The notes below the pieces were generated by a model. That model worked only from the letters and a program-made list of their open reading frames with translations. It was not told the DNA's origin and made no database searches. Shown here in pieces: positions 50,046 to 60,412 of a DNA stretch of 64,000 nucleotides (its first letter is position 1; every line of letters starts with the position of its first letter). The stretch comes from Acidobacteria bacterium UBA823 (GTDB lineage: Bacteria; Acidobacteriota; Vicinamibacteria; Vicinamibacterales; UBA823), in assembly GCA_002296225.1 (NCBI GenBank), contig DBHR01000015.1, positions 26,079-90,078 of the forward strand, read 5' to 3'. Made by a program: the position numbers and the translations under genes.

Positions 50046-51293
50046 CTACACCTCCTGCGCCAGCATCGCCTCCACAGTTTGCCGTCGTCGAATGAGGGTC
50101 CACGTTCCATCTTCGACTAAAACCTCAGCCGCAATCGGCCGCCGATTGTAATTCGAAGCCATACTGGCGCCATAGGCTCCCGTGTCGAGAATTGCCACGA
50201 GATCATCGACCTTTAACGGCGGCAGCCGGTGGTCTGCCCCAAACGAGTCACTGCTCTCGCAGACAGGACCGACCACGTCAACGGCACTTGGCGTGCCCAC
50301 ATGGGTTGCCACAGGACTCACGCGGTGTCTGGCGCCATAGAGCGCCGGCCGCAGGCACTCTGTCATTCCCGCATCCAGCACGACGAAGGTCCGGCCGTCG
50401 GGATACGACTTCACGTCAACGACGCGCGACACGAGGACGCCAGCCGGTCCGACGATAAACCGGCCTGGCTCGAGCACAAGTGCTAAGCCGGACCCCTTCA
50501 ATTCCCCAAGCAGTGCCGCTGCGTACTCGGCGAGATCGAGACCTGCCGTGCCATCGTAAGAGATGCCAACACCGCCCCCCACATCCACGTGTTCGATCGG
50601 AATACCCTGGGACGTCAGCATCCGTGCCAACTCGACTGCCGTCGCAGCGGCTCGACGGAGAGGATCGACCTTAACAATTTGAGAACCGATATGCACGTGG
50701 ATGCCGACAAGTCGAAGCCCGCGTCGCGCCGCCGCTTCACGGCAAATCGCAGGTGCTTCACTCAACGCAACACCAAATTTGTTGCGGCGGGTGCCCGTGG
50801 AGATGTGCGGGTGACTCATCACATCAATGTCGGGATTGACGCGTAGAGCGACGGCAGCCGTTCTGCCATGCGCAGCTGCAATGGCATCGATCCGGTCAAG
50901 CTCCCCCGCCGACTCCGCATTAATCGCTCTAAGACCCAGAGAAACAGCCTTGGTCAATTCTTCGGCCCGCTTTCCAACGCCCGTGAAGATAATTTGCGAC
51001 GGCGTAAACCCGGCGCGAAGAGCCACGTCGATTTCCCCTCCCGAGTTCGCGTCCACGGCAGAACCAAGCGAGTGCAGCAGCCGCAACACACCCAAAGTCG
51101 AATTTGCCTTGAGCGCATAGTGCACAGCGTGGGGGTTCGTCTTGAACGCGGCGTCGAACGCCCGGAACCGGTGGCGGACGATGCCAGCGGCATAGACGTG
51201 CAACGGTGTGCCCTCCGCCTCGGCTAATCGCGCCAGCGGTACGGCATCACACGCGATACCATTCGGCGAATCGTGAAATCCCATGTCGGACAC
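50046..51293 (-). CDS. lysA: Diaminopimelate decarboxylase
   Basis: PLP-lysine context HYALKANS, GGGVGI and CESSD. Typical length for the family. Confidence 0.9.
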   Translation of the reverse strand: MSDMGFHDSPNGIACDAVPLARLAEAEGTPLHVYAAGIVRHRFRAFDAAFKTNPHAVHYALKANSTLGVLRLLHSLGSAVDANSGGEIDVALRAGFTPSQIIFTGVGKRAEELTKAVSLGLRAINAESAGELDRIDAIAAAHGRTAAVALRVNPDIDVMSHPHISTGTRRNKFGVALSEAPAICREAAARRGLRLVGIHVHIGSQIVKVDPLRRAAATAVELARMLTSQGIPIEHVDVGGGVGISYDGTAGLDLAEYAAALLGELKGSGLALVLEPGRFIVGPAGVLVSRVVDVKSYPDGRTFVVLDAGMTECLRPALYGARHRVSPVATHVGTPSAVDVVGPVCESSDSFGADHRLPPLKVDDLVAILDTGAYGASMASNYNRRPIAAEVLVEDGTWTLIRRRQTVEAMLAQEV

Positions 51294-51410
51294 GTGCTCT
51301 TTGCCGCGTAGAGGGGGAGGAAAACGATTGGCTCAAGGCGCACGACTCGCTGCCGGTACTAGAGCCGTTGCTCGTCGCGTAGATGGAAAATCTGGGAAAA
51401 TCGTGCGCCG

Positions 51411-52349
51411 TCAGTTGGCGACGGATCTGACTGGCACACTTGTCGGCACACCAGCAACCGTGTCGGCTGTGTCAGCCGGAAACTCCACGATTTCCCACGT
51501 GTTCACCTCCTTGACGACCTGTGCCGCGAATGCGGTGTGAAGTTCATGGCCGCCGCGGTGTACCACGAGGTGTCCGATCAGCGGGTATCCGATTAACGCG
51601 AGGTCACCGATCGCATCAAGGATCTTATGGCGCACGAACTCGTCTTCAAAACGCAGCGAATCATTCAGCACGCCCGTCTCACTAAGCACGATCGCGTTGT
51701 CAAGCGATCCCCCGAGCGCCAGCCCCTGTCGTCGCAGCCTTTCAATTTCCTTCAGAAACCCGAACGTACGCGCAGGTGCGATCTCATCGACAAAGTTCTC
51801 CTTAGTCAGATGGATCGTCCGCGACTGATGCCGGAGCATCGGATGGTCGAAGCTGATGCTGTAGGTAACCTTGAAGTGATCCGAGGGATACAGTGCAATA
51901 TGCTTGTGGCCAAGCGACAAAGAGATTGGGCGCGTAACCTTCAAGAAGCGCCGTGGAATCGTCTGGTGCTTGATTCCGGCCTCCTGCACGAGATAGACAA
52001 ACGGTGCCGCGCTCCCGTCCATGATAGGCACTTCTGAGTGGTTGAGCTCGATCACGACATTGTCCACACCTATACCAACCAGCGCCGCAAGTAAGTGCTC
52101 AACCGTCTCCACTGATGCCGCATCTGCTTCCAGCCTGGTCGCATACTGGACGTCAGACAAATTGGCGACGTTCGCCGGAATCTCTCGTCCACCGAGATCA
52201 GCGCGACGGAATTGGATACCCGAATCGGGCGGCGCTGGCTTTAAAGAGAGAGACACCTTTTTGCTAGAATGAAGTCCAATCCCAGCACAGGTGACAGTGC
52301 GACGCAAAGTCTTCTGAACGTGCACCTGATTTTCGCTAGCAGCGAGCAT
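51411..52349 (-). CDS. lpxC: UDP-3-O-acyl-GlcNAc deacetylase
   Basis: ATG at 52349. ...QKTLRRTVTCAGIGLHSSKKVSLSLKPAP..., HLLAALVGIGVDN and FVRHKILDAIGDL. Confidence 0.9.
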   Translation of the reverse strand: MLAASENQVHVQKTLRRTVTCAGIGLHSSKKVSLSLKPAPPDSGIQFRRADLGGREIPANVANLSDVQYATRLEADAASVETVEHLLAALVGIGVDNVVIELNHSEVPIMDGSAAPFVYLVQEAGIKHQTIPRRFLKVTRPISLSLGHKHIALYPSDHFKVTYSISFDHPMLRHQSRTIHLTKENFVDEIAPARTFGFLKEIERLRRQGLALGGSLDNAIVLSETGVLNDSLRFEDEFVRHKILDAIGDLALIGYPLIGHLVVHRGGHELHTAFAAQVVKEVNTWEIVEFPADTADTVAGVPTSVPVRSVAN

Positions 52350-52630
52350 AGCCGATTCGACTCCCAGCAAGACGATTGAGCGTGCTCGCCATTATTGAAG
52401 CGCGCCCCGACCACGCACATTATATAAGGGGCTTGCGAACTGAACAGCAAAAAATTGACTTCCGATCTAGACCTAAGAGTCCGTCGAATTGCAGCTACTC
52501 TACACGAGATTTTCAACGACTTGCAGGCCATCACCATTCAAAGCAGACGCCGGATATGAGATGGGTCGTCCTCTGTCGAGGATTGTCGCAGGAGGCTCGA
52601 AGTGTAGCAGCGTCGAGCGATGTGCGTGCC

Positions 52631-55513
52631 CTAAGGCTCTACCAAGCTACCCACTCTTTCCGTTTCAGCGCTCTGCCCATTGAAAATCCGGCTCAAGAAA
52701 CCGGCTGTGAAAGACTTGCCCTGAGCGGCTACGTCTTCGGGAGTGCCCTCTGCGACGATCCGGCCGCCCGCCTCGCCCCCTTCTGGCCCCAGATCGATAA
52801 TGTGATCGGCCGACTTAATGACATCGAGGTTGTGCTCAATCAGGACCACAGTGTTCCCCTGATCGACGAGCTTATTCAACACATCCAATAACTTGCGGGT
52901 ATCCTCGAAGTGCAACCCTGTCGTCGGCTCGTCCAAGATGTATAGCGTGCGGCCTGTTCCTCGTCGCGAAAGCTCTTTAGCCAGCTTCACCCGCTGCGCT
53001 TCGCCCCCACTCAGCGTCGTAGCCGACTGACCTAGCTTGATATAGCCGAGGCCGACGTCTCGGAGGGTCTGCAGTTTGGTCGCGATCAGCGGGAAGTTCT
53101 CGAACAGCAACGCTGCCTGGTCAACGGTTAAATCCAAGGCTTCTGCAATGGACTTCCCACGATACCTGATCTCCAGTGTCTCGCGATTGTACCGCCGGCC
53201 TTTACAATCCTCACACGTCACGTAGACGTTCGGCAAAAAGTGCATCTCGATGGCGATCACGCCATCACCCTGGCACGCTTCGCAGCGGCCACCCTTGACA
53301 TTGAATGAGAAACGGCCAGGACGAAATCCTCGCGCCCTGGCCTCTGGCAGCATCGAAAACAGTTCCCGAATGAAGGTGAAGAGTCCCGTATAGGTTGCCG
53401 GGTTTGAACGCGGCGTGCGGCCGATCGGTGACTGGTCAATCTGGATGACTTTGTCCACCAACTCGGCGTTGTCGATACGATCGTGCTCACCCGGCTCGTC
53501 CGAGGCCCGATACAACGCCTTCGCCAGGGCGCGATAGAGAATCTTGTTGACCAGGGTCGACTTACCGGAACCACTGACACCCGTGATCGCAGTAAATACG
53601 CCAAGCGGAATCGTCGCGTCTATCTTCTTTAGGTTATTGGCCCGCGCACCACGGATCGTGAGCATCCCACGTTGCCAAGCGCGGCGTGTGTGAGGCGTCG
53701 GAATCACGCGCTCACCCCGAAGGTACATCCCGGTGAGCGAACCGGCGGCTCCGTGGGTCAGGAGATCGGAAACTGGGCCTTGGAAGATGACCAGGCCGCC
53801 ATGCTCCCCAGCCCCCGGACCCAAGTCGATCACATAATCCGCAGCCCTAATCGTCTCCTCGTCATGTTCGACCACTATGACCGTGTTTCCTAGATCGCGC
53901 AGGCGCCCGAGCGTGGTCAAAAGCAGCCGGTTGTCCCGCTGGTGAAGGCCGACCGACGGTTCGTCGAGCACATAAAGAACTCCGGTGAGGTTGGAGCCGA
54001 TCTGCGTGGCCAATCGGATCCGTTGGCCTTCCCCGCCTGATAGCGTTGTAGCACTGCGACCTAGGGTCAGATACCCGACCCCAACGTCGTTCAGGAAGCG
54101 CAGCCGGTCACGGATCTCCCGCACGACGCGACCCGCGATCTGAGCTTCCCGTTCAGTGAGTTCCATCACCTCGAACCGCAAGAGAGCGTCGCCGACCGGC
54201 AGCTCGACATACTCGGTAATTGTCTTGCCCTTGACCGTAACGGCACGACTCTGGGGCCTTAATCGCTCCCCCGCACACGAAGAGCACGGCTGAAGCGCAC
54301 GATATGGTTCCATTACCTCCTGGTCGACCCACTTTGCCTCCTCGTAGCGACGGCGCAGGTTCGGTACCACGCCCTCGAAGCTGGCCTTCGTCCGAGTCGT
54401 CTTGCGGGTCCTCGCACGATTCTTAGCACGGGCACCCTTGCTCGCCGACCCATTCGCGCCGAACAGCACGATGTCGCGCAATCTTCGCGGCAACTTGCCG
54501 AATGGCACGTCCAGCGGAATCTCGTATCTGCAATTCAAATCGGTCAGTGCCGCCTTAACGAGTTTCTTGTCGCCTCGCGTCCATGGAGCGATCGCGCCCT
54601 CGCTAAGCGTCCGCGAGGGATCGGGCACGATCCTGGCCGGGTCGAAGTCGTGGACAAGACCGAGACCCTTGCAGTTGCGGCAGGCGCCATGAGATGAATT
54701 GAAAGAAAATGTGCGCGGTGTGATTTCCGGCATACTGATCCCACAGTGCGGGCAGGCCAGTCGGCTCGAAAACAGGCGATCTCCGCCTCCGTGGGTGTTG
54801 ATGATGACGGTGTCGTCAGCGAGTTCAAGTGCCTTTTCGATCGAGTTTCCTAGCCGGCGTTCGGTCTCTCCGTTAGGCTTTACGATCAGTCGATCGACGA
54901 CCACTTCGATCGTGTGGTTCCGGCGTCGGTCAATCTTGATTTCACCGTCCAGGGTATACAACTCGCCGTCGACGCGGACCCGCACGAATCCTTTCGACTG
55001 CAGCCCCGCCAGTTCCTTTTTGAACTCACCCTTCCGGCCTCGCACAATCGGGGCAAGCACGTTCACCCGTTCGCCAGACGGGTCGAGCATCACCAAATCG
55101 ACAATTCGCTCGACGGACTGCGACGTGATCTCCCGCCCGCATTCTGCGCAGTGTGGGACGCCGATGTTTGCAAAGAGCAATCTCAGGTAGTCATAAATCT
55201 CTGTGACGGTGCCCACCGTGGAGCGAGGATTCGCACCGGTCGTCTTTTGTTCGATCGAAATTGAGGGAGAAAGACCGTCGATTAAGTCGACATCGGGTTT
55301 CTCCATCTGCTCGAGAAATTGACGCGCATACGCCGATAAGGACTCGACGTAGCGACGCTGGCCCTCTGCATAGACAGTATCGAACGCGAGCGACGACTTG
55401 CCCGAACCAGACAGACCCGTGATGACCACCAGTCGATTTCTGGGAATGTCGACCTCGATGTTCTGCAGATTGTGAACACGCGCACCGCGCACCGCGATCT
55501 GGTTCTGTGTCAT
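52631..55513 (-). CDS. uvrA: Excinuclease ABC subunit A
   Basis: 960 aa. Two ABC modules ([18 protein letters not shown]) and zinc modules (CPHCG..., CEACQGDG). Confidence 0.95.
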   Translation of the reverse strand: MTQNQIAVRGARVHNLQNIEVDIPRNRLVVITGLSGSGKSSLAFDTVYAEGQRRYVESLSAYARQFLEQMEKPDVDLIDGLSPSISIEQKTTGANPRSTVGTVTEIYDYLRLLFANIGVPHCAECGREITSQSVERIVDLVMLDPSGERVNVLAPIVRGRKGEFKKELAGLQSKGFVRVRVDGELYTLDGEIKIDRRRNHTIEVVVDRLIVKPNGETERRLGNSIEKALELADDTVIINTHGGGDRLFSSRLACPHCGISMPEITPRTFSFNSSHGACRNCKGLGLVHDFDPARIVPDPSRTLSEGAIAPWTRGDKKLVKAALTDLNCRYEIPLDVPFGKLPRRLRDIVLFGANGSASKGARAKNRARTRKTTRTKASFEGVVPNLRRRYEEAKWVDQEVMEPYRALQPCSSCAGERLRPQSRAVTVKGKTITEYVELPVGDALLRFEVMELTEREAQIAGRVVREIRDRLRFLNDVGVGYLTLGRSATTLSGGEGQRIRLATQIGSNLTGVLYVLDEPSVGLHQRDNRLLLTTLGRLRDLGNTVIVVEHDEETIRAADYVIDLGPGAGEHGGLVIFQGPVSDLLTHGAAGSLTGMYLRGERVIPTPHTRRAWQRGMLTIRGARANNLKKIDATIPLGVFTAITGVSGSGKSTLVNKILYRALAKALYRASDEPGEHDRIDNAELVDKVIQIDQSPIGRTPRSNPATYTGLFTFIRELFSMLPEARARGFRPGRFSFNVKGGRCEACQGDGVIAIEMHFLPNVYVTCEDCKGRRYNRETLEIRYRGKSIAEALDLTVDQAALLFENFPLIATKLQTLRDVGLGYIKLGQSATTLSGGEAQRVKLAKELSRRGTGRTLYILDEPTTGLHFEDTRKLLDVLNKLVDQGNTVVLIEHNLDVIKSADHIIDLGPEGGEAGGRIVAEGTPEDVAAQGKSFTAGFLSRIFNGQSAETERVGSLVEP

Positions 55514-55579
55514 GCGTACAGTAGGGATTCTTCTCGGAACCCTAAACCCGCCATGCTATCACGACTGGTACAGAGGTCC

Positions 55580-56584
55580 TCAATTGCCGGGAGCATGCAG
55601 GAGATAGGCCGTGTCGTTCGACACCACCACAACGTCACCGTTACCGCCGAACGCCACCCCGACCAGCGCGGCAGCGGCGAGGACGCGCTTAGCAGGCTCT
55701 TCGTAAGAAACCGTGTACAGACCCGCGGCGCCGGCCAAGGCTTCCACGACGTAGAGTGTACCGTGTGCGTCGAACGCGAGCCCCTGAGGTCGTCCAAAGC
55801 CCGTCTGTACCACGTCAACCATGCCACTGGCGTCAATACGGTACAGCGAATCCGACGGCGCCAGCGTTGGCGCGGTCACGTACAACATACCGTCAGGACT
55901 GAACGCCAGATGGAAGGCGGCAACGCTCGGCGGTAGTGAAGCGTGGACGCTCGTGTGCCCAGACGCCTCAACGCGAAAGATCTTGCCAGACCGATCGCCA
56001 ACAAACAGCGTGCCCGATTCATTGAAGGCAATCCCGCTAGCGATCCCTAGTCCGGAGACTACGACATCGACTTGCCCCTCAGGGGAGATCTTGTAGACCC
56101 TCCCTTCAAACCGACTGCTAACATGCAGATACCCGGACGGTGCGAAGGCCATCGACGTCGGGTTTGGTACCCGAGAGGTGAACGGCTCGCGACTCCCGTC
56201 GGGCCTGACGCGAAAAATCCCAATTGGTGCCCGCTCTTCCCTTGTACCACTGTAGGTGACATAGATGTTCCCGGCCCCATCGAAGACGGGGCTATCCACC
56301 TGATGCAGCCCCGTGGCGATGGGCCCACCGAGTTCGACGAACGCCGCCTCCTGCTCCGATGCTCCAACCTGAACCAGTGCCCGGCCAGCCTCGACACCTT
56401 CTGGCACCAAAACGGACAGTTCGCGAGGCGAAGCAAAGACTACGCGCCCAAGGAGGCCGCCGACCCGTACCTCGGGCACCGCATCGAGATCGAACCCACG
56501 ACCCTCTACAGTAATGCGGCCGCCAGCAACCGCCCAAGCGGGATGGACCGCGGACACGTGTGGGTAGGACGATTTGCCGGGCAT
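55580..56584 (-). CDS. IPT/TIG-domain protein fused to an NHL/SMP-30-like beta-propeller
   Basis: The N-terminal roughly 85 aa (VSAVHPAWAVAGGRITVEGRGF...VLVPEG) are IPT/TIG-like. Repeated G.(L/I)YV...-type blades follow. No signal peptide is visible. Confidence 0.6.
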   Translation of the reverse strand: MPGKSSYPHVSAVHPAWAVAGGRITVEGRGFDLDAVPEVRVGGLLGRVVFASPRELSVLVPEGVEAGRALVQVGASEQEAAFVELGGPIATGLHQVDSPVFDGAGNIYVTYSGTREERAPIGIFRVRPDGSREPFTSRVPNPTSMAFAPSGYLHVSSRFEGRVYKISPEGQVDVVVSGLGIASGIAFNESGTLFVGDRSGKIFRVEASGHTSVHASLPPSVAAFHLAFSPDGMLYVTAPTLAPSDSLYRIDASGMVDVVQTGFGRPQGLAFDAHGTLYVVEALAGAAGLYTVSYEEPAKRVLAAAALVGVAFGGNGDVVVVSNDTAYLLHAPGN

Positions 56585-56637
56585 GAGGGCGTCAGGCTGG
56601 AAGCTTCAAGCCGCGGCCGATCGTAATGTACAACCTC

Positions 56638-57171
56638 TCACGACTCATCGAGCTCGACGTTCCAATAGAGGTAATCCCGCCAGCTGTCCGGCGCCTCACG
56701 CAGCCCGACCATGATACGAACCGATGGCGCCCGTTTGGGTCGCCGCGGCACGCGAATCAACCGCATGCGCGCCTCGGCCGGCGTGCGGCCGCCCTTCTTG
56801 CGGTTGCACGCAATACAGCAGGTGACGATGTTTCGCCAGTCCTTTCGGCCGCCCTGGGCGACCGGCACAACATGATCGAACGTCAGGTCCGTCGTGCCAG
56901 GAGCCTCCCCGCAGTACTGACAGGTATGGTCGTCCCGCGCGTAGATATTCGCCCGGGAAAACGGCACGGTATCGAACCGCCGCTTGATTCGGATGTAACG
57001 AAGTAGACGAATAACCGACGGCAGCTTAAAACTGATCGAAACCGCACGAATATCCCGATCATACTCCGAGATGACCTCAACCTTGCCCTGACACAAGAGC
57101 GTAATCGCCTTCTGCCACTGGACTACCTTGAGCGGCTCGAACGTCGCGTTCAAAAGGAGCGTTTGCTCCAT
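56638..57171 (-). CDS. HNH endonuclease (stand-alone, about 177 aa)
   Basis: CQYCG...DHVVPVAQGGRKDWRNIVTCCIACNRKKG is an HNH/Cys4 core. The N-terminal domain LLLNATFEPLKVVQWQKAITLL is typical of a widespread small HNH family. Confidence 0.8.
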   Translation of the reverse strand: MEQTLLLNATFEPLKVVQWQKAITLLCQGKVEVISEYDRDIRAVSISFKLPSVIRLLRYIRIKRRFDTVPFSRANIYARDDHTCQYCGEAPGTTDLTFDHVVPVAQGGRKDWRNIVTCCIACNRKKGGRTPAEARMRLIRVPRRPKRAPSVRIMVGLREAPDSWRDYLYWNVELDES

Positions 57172-57410
57172 GACAATCTAATTCTGCCTTGCGGCACGCG
57201 AAGGTGTCAAGGCACACATCAAGCGTAACATGCTGTCATTCATATGTTTAGGGGTATCAAGCGTGGTGGTTCAAGGCTAGAGACTGGAGTTGGTGCCCCA
57301 GACAGTAACTACCGTTGCGAACGATTCATCGGCGCAAAGCACATCACGGACCTTCGGTTGTTAGTAGGCGCCGATGGCGTTTACGATCGTACCAAGTGAT
57401 CGACTCCTGA

Positions 57411-58289
57411 CTACGCTTCAAGTGCGCTCAACGCGGACCGGATTTCTTCAACGACGTCGGTCGAGCACGTCTTCAGTGGGAACCTTGGGTCACCACCTGC
57501 CAATCCAAGTAGATCCAGAGCCGCCTTGAGCCCTGGGACACCGAATCGACTCGTAACCATCTCAGCAAGCGGGATCAGTCGTTGTTGTAGCGCCAAAGCG
57601 TTGTCGAGATCACTCTCAAGAACGAGCTGGCGCAACCGGACACAGAGCGCCGGCTGTAGGCAGGCTAGGGCGAGCACCCCGCCAACAGCACCTACGCATA
57701 GACTCGCGTAAAAGGTCTGGGCCGATCCAACAGCAATTTGAAACTCGGAGCCTGTCGCATCCACGAGTTGACTGATCTGTAAGACATTGCCACTTGAGTC
57801 CTTGATGCCGGTGATGTTCGGGTGTTCAGCCAGCCTCGCGACAGTCGCGGCGGACAGATTGACCCCTGTGACCTGCGGAATGTTGTAAAGCAGAACCGGC
57901 ACCGAAGACGCATCCGCAACGGCCTGGAAATGGTCGATGAGCGCGTCTGACGTCATCAGTGACTTAAAAAACGACGGGGTTCGAACGAGCACGGCGTCAA
58001 CACCCAACTCCCCGGCTCGCCGCGTCGCCGCAATCGTGGCCCGCGTGGATTCTCGCGCCGTGCCGGCGATGAGCGTGCGCTCAGCGGGCGTGATCTCCCG
58101 GGTCTTGGCTATAAGACGATCCGCCTCAGCGTCATCAACGTGCGCCGCTTCACCGTTGGTGCCGAGCACGACGATGCCAGCTAGCTCAGTTCCCATCCAA
58201 TGCGTGACGTTTCGAGCTAGGGCCTCGAGGTCCAGCACCTCGTCCTGAAATGGTGTCGGGATGGGAGCAAGCACACCTTGAAGTGTCAT
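57411..58289 (-). CDS. Dihydrodipicolinate-synthase-family (class I aldolase) protein
   Basis: ATG at 58289. GTNGEAAH (GTTGE-like), Schiff-base lysine context ITGIKDSSGN and a (beta/alpha)8-like layout. Its substrate cannot be assigned. Confidence 0.8.
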   Translation of the reverse strand: MTLQGVLAPIPTPFQDEVLDLEALARNVTHWMGTELAGIVVLGTNGEAAHVDDAEADRLIAKTREITPAERTLIAGTARESTRATIAATRRAGELGVDAVLVRTPSFFKSLMTSDALIDHFQAVADASSVPVLLYNIPQVTGVNLSAATVARLAEHPNITGIKDSSGNVLQISQLVDATGSEFQIAVGSAQTFYASLCVGAVGGVLALACLQPALCVRLRQLVLESDLDNALALQQRLIPLAEMVTSRFGVPGLKAALDLLGLAGGDPRFPLKTCSTDVVEEIRSALSALEA

Positions 58290-58339
58290 AAAACCCTCAC
58301 CGAACGGAACCCCGTACCTCGAGAGGCCACCGCGTGACG

Positions 58340-59338
58340 TTAGCTCGACGCACACGAAGGAATCGGCAGATCCCGCATCGTCTGCAACCCAGGCGACGCG
58401 GCCAGCACCTTCGGAATTGAATTCACTACAATCGACGCGGTGGCAATGTCACCGTGCACGCCGCCCGCTAGCTTCATCGCCAGTGGAGGCACTCCGGCGA
58501 TGCGAACTGCGTCATACGACTCTGGCGCACCCAGATATGCCTCCATGTGCAGCTTAATCACGGCCTTTCCAGCCCGATATCCAATGCCGTCCTGTACGAT
58601 GCCACACACGGCACCAGCCGCCACCGCCAGGAACCGACTCGCCACTCGCTTAGTCGCAATTTTGGGTTTGATGCGGTCGGTGATGCGATCGAGTTTCCAG
58701 CCTAGCGCGTCGGCAATCATCGAAACGGATTCGGCAAGCCCGACGTGACGAACGGCACCTTCCTTCACCTTGATGCGAAACTGTGCTCGGGTGAGGCCGG
58801 ACCCAATTTTCTGTTGAAACGGCAGGCGTCGAGTACGCGCGTCCTGGACCCGGTCCACCTCCACCCGATCAACGCGCTCGCACACGCCGGTCAATGTAAT
58901 TGGCAAGGTGTCCATTGTGAAACCTGGGTTCACGCCGGTCCCGAGTACCGCGGCTCTAGCTCGCTTGGCGAGACGATCGATTTTCCGCGCCCACCGCGCA
59001 TTCGATGACACCGGGTAAGACAGTTCCTCGGTGGTCGACACAATCGGGACCCGTGCGCGGAGAATCGTCTCGATCTGTGCGGTCACCACGCGAAGCGAGG
59101 AACTGGTGCACAGCACGACCACATCGGGCTTACTGCGCCGTAGAGCGGCCGACGCATCCGACGAGACCGTTGCACCGAGTCGACGCTTCAACCCTGCGAC
59201 GATACCGACATCACGGCCCACCTTCTCAGGATCGATGTCAACTGCACCCACCACCTTGAATCCTCGCCGCGCCGCCACCTGGCGTGCCACCGCGGTCCCG
59301 ATCGGCCCAAGACCAAAATGCATTACCCGAATTGCCAT
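58340..59338 (-). CDS. DapB-N-terminal-fold NAD(P)-dependent dehydrogenase, 2,4-diaminopentanoate-dehydrogenase / native amine dehydrogenase type
   Basis: ATG at 59338 is preceded by AAGGAG. Rossmann motif HFGLGPIGTAV, GTGVNPGF, and a C-terminal ...IVVNSIPKVLAASPGLQTMRDLPIP that is collinear with Ord-type enzymes as I remember them. Confidence 0.65.
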   Translation of the reverse strand: MAIRVMHFGLGPIGTAVARQVAARRGFKVVGAVDIDPEKVGRDVGIVAGLKRRLGATVSSDASAALRRSKPDVVVLCTSSSLRVVTAQIETILRARVPIVSTTEELSYPVSSNARWARKIDRLAKRARAAVLGTGVNPGFTMDTLPITLTGVCERVDRVEVDRVQDARTRRLPFQQKIGSGLTRAQFRIKVKEGAVRHVGLAESVSMIADALGWKLDRITDRIKPKIATKRVASRFLAVAAGAVCGIVQDGIGYRAGKAVIKLHMEAYLGAPESYDAVRIAGVPPLAMKLAGGVHGDIATASIVVNSIPKVLAASPGLQTMRDLPIPSCASS

Positions 59339-59589
59339 GCCGTCTCCTTCGTAGACGCGAGCGCTTGCTTCTCTCACCGCCGCACAACCAATCCACAATT
59401 ATACTCGGGTCGTTGGCAGGCACTCGCGGGGACACGGTGCCCTAATGAACGGTGATACGATTTGTCTCCTAACGCTGGAACCACATGGCTCGAGACGCTC
59501 GGGCCGACGTTGGTATGCTTCACTGCTGCACCATGCACAGTCAACATTGACCCACGTTCGGTGAAACCGACCGGACGTCTGCTGATCCG

Positions 59590-60402
59590 ATGAGCATTAC
59601 ACCCGCATTTCGCGAGGGCCTCCAGCGCGTGTTGTCCTCTCCCACGCTGATGGTTCTGCTCGCAGTTGTCTCATTCATGGCGTGGACGACCGGAGCGGTT
59701 CTTGGATTTAATGGCCAATATTCTTTCTGGTCCGCACTCTTGGTTGCCTACTCGATCATCCGGGCGTGGTGGACCGGCGGGATTCTCCATCGATACGCTC
59801 AGAACCGTCCGATGCGAGATGGCGCATTCCACAGAGCCTGCGGCACGTTCTTTTTTCGGCTTCTGCGCCTCCACTTGCTGTCCGCTCTCATCCTGGGTAG
59901 CAGCCTCTACGTAGCCGAATGGATGATGTTCCACCAAATAAATCTTGGCGTCATGCTAGGCTTCGGATCGCTTTTCGGCCTCGGCTACATCTTCTGTGAC
60001 GTCGTGCTTGACTACGCCAAGGTCCGGACGGTGGTGGAAGACCGGCGCAGCATGGTCTTCGCCATCGCTGCTGGGTTCCGATTCGTCGTGCGGCGACCGG
60101 GCGCGGTCGTCCGACTCTATCTGCTCAACGCGACGATAGGCTTCATCGGGTTTGGAAGCTTCGCATTGGGATACTACTACCCAGTTCCTGTAGGTTTGCC
60201 CTGGTTGCTGGTGCTGCTGCTGCTTGTCGCCTTGGGCTTCGTTGTTGTGTTGGGCTGGGTTCCACTACTCTTCTTGTCCACACAGACCGCGTTCTTCCAA
60301 GACGAACTCGCCTTTCCTGGCTACACGGCTGGCGCGAGTGTCAGCCCGCCCGACTCGCCGATTACTGAAGTCGTTGCGGGGCCGCCGACCGACGGCATAT
60401 AG
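59590..60402 (+). CDS. Hypothetical polytopic membrane protein
   Basis: Six or more hydrophobic segments. I recognise no motif. Confidence 0.55.
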   Translation: MSITPAFREGLQRVLSSPTLMVLLAVVSFMAWTTGAVLGFNGQYSFWSALLVAYSIIRAWWTGGILHRYAQNRPMRDGAFHRACGTFFFRLLRLHLLSALILGSSLYVAEWMMFHQINLGVMLGFGSLFGLGYIFCDVVLDYAKVRTVVEDRRSMVFAIAAGFRFVVRRPGAVVRLYLLNATIGFIGFGSFALGYYYPVPVGLPWLLVLLLLVALGFVVVLGWVPLLFLSTQTAFFQDELAFPGYTAGASVSPPDSPITEVVAGPPTDGI

Positions 60403-60412
60403 TCAGGGGTTG

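Noticed and set aside
51294-51410. A possible lysine riboswitch (L-box) upstream of lysA.
   Set aside because: Only 117 nt are available, shorter than an L-box, and I saw none of its conserved helices or motifs.
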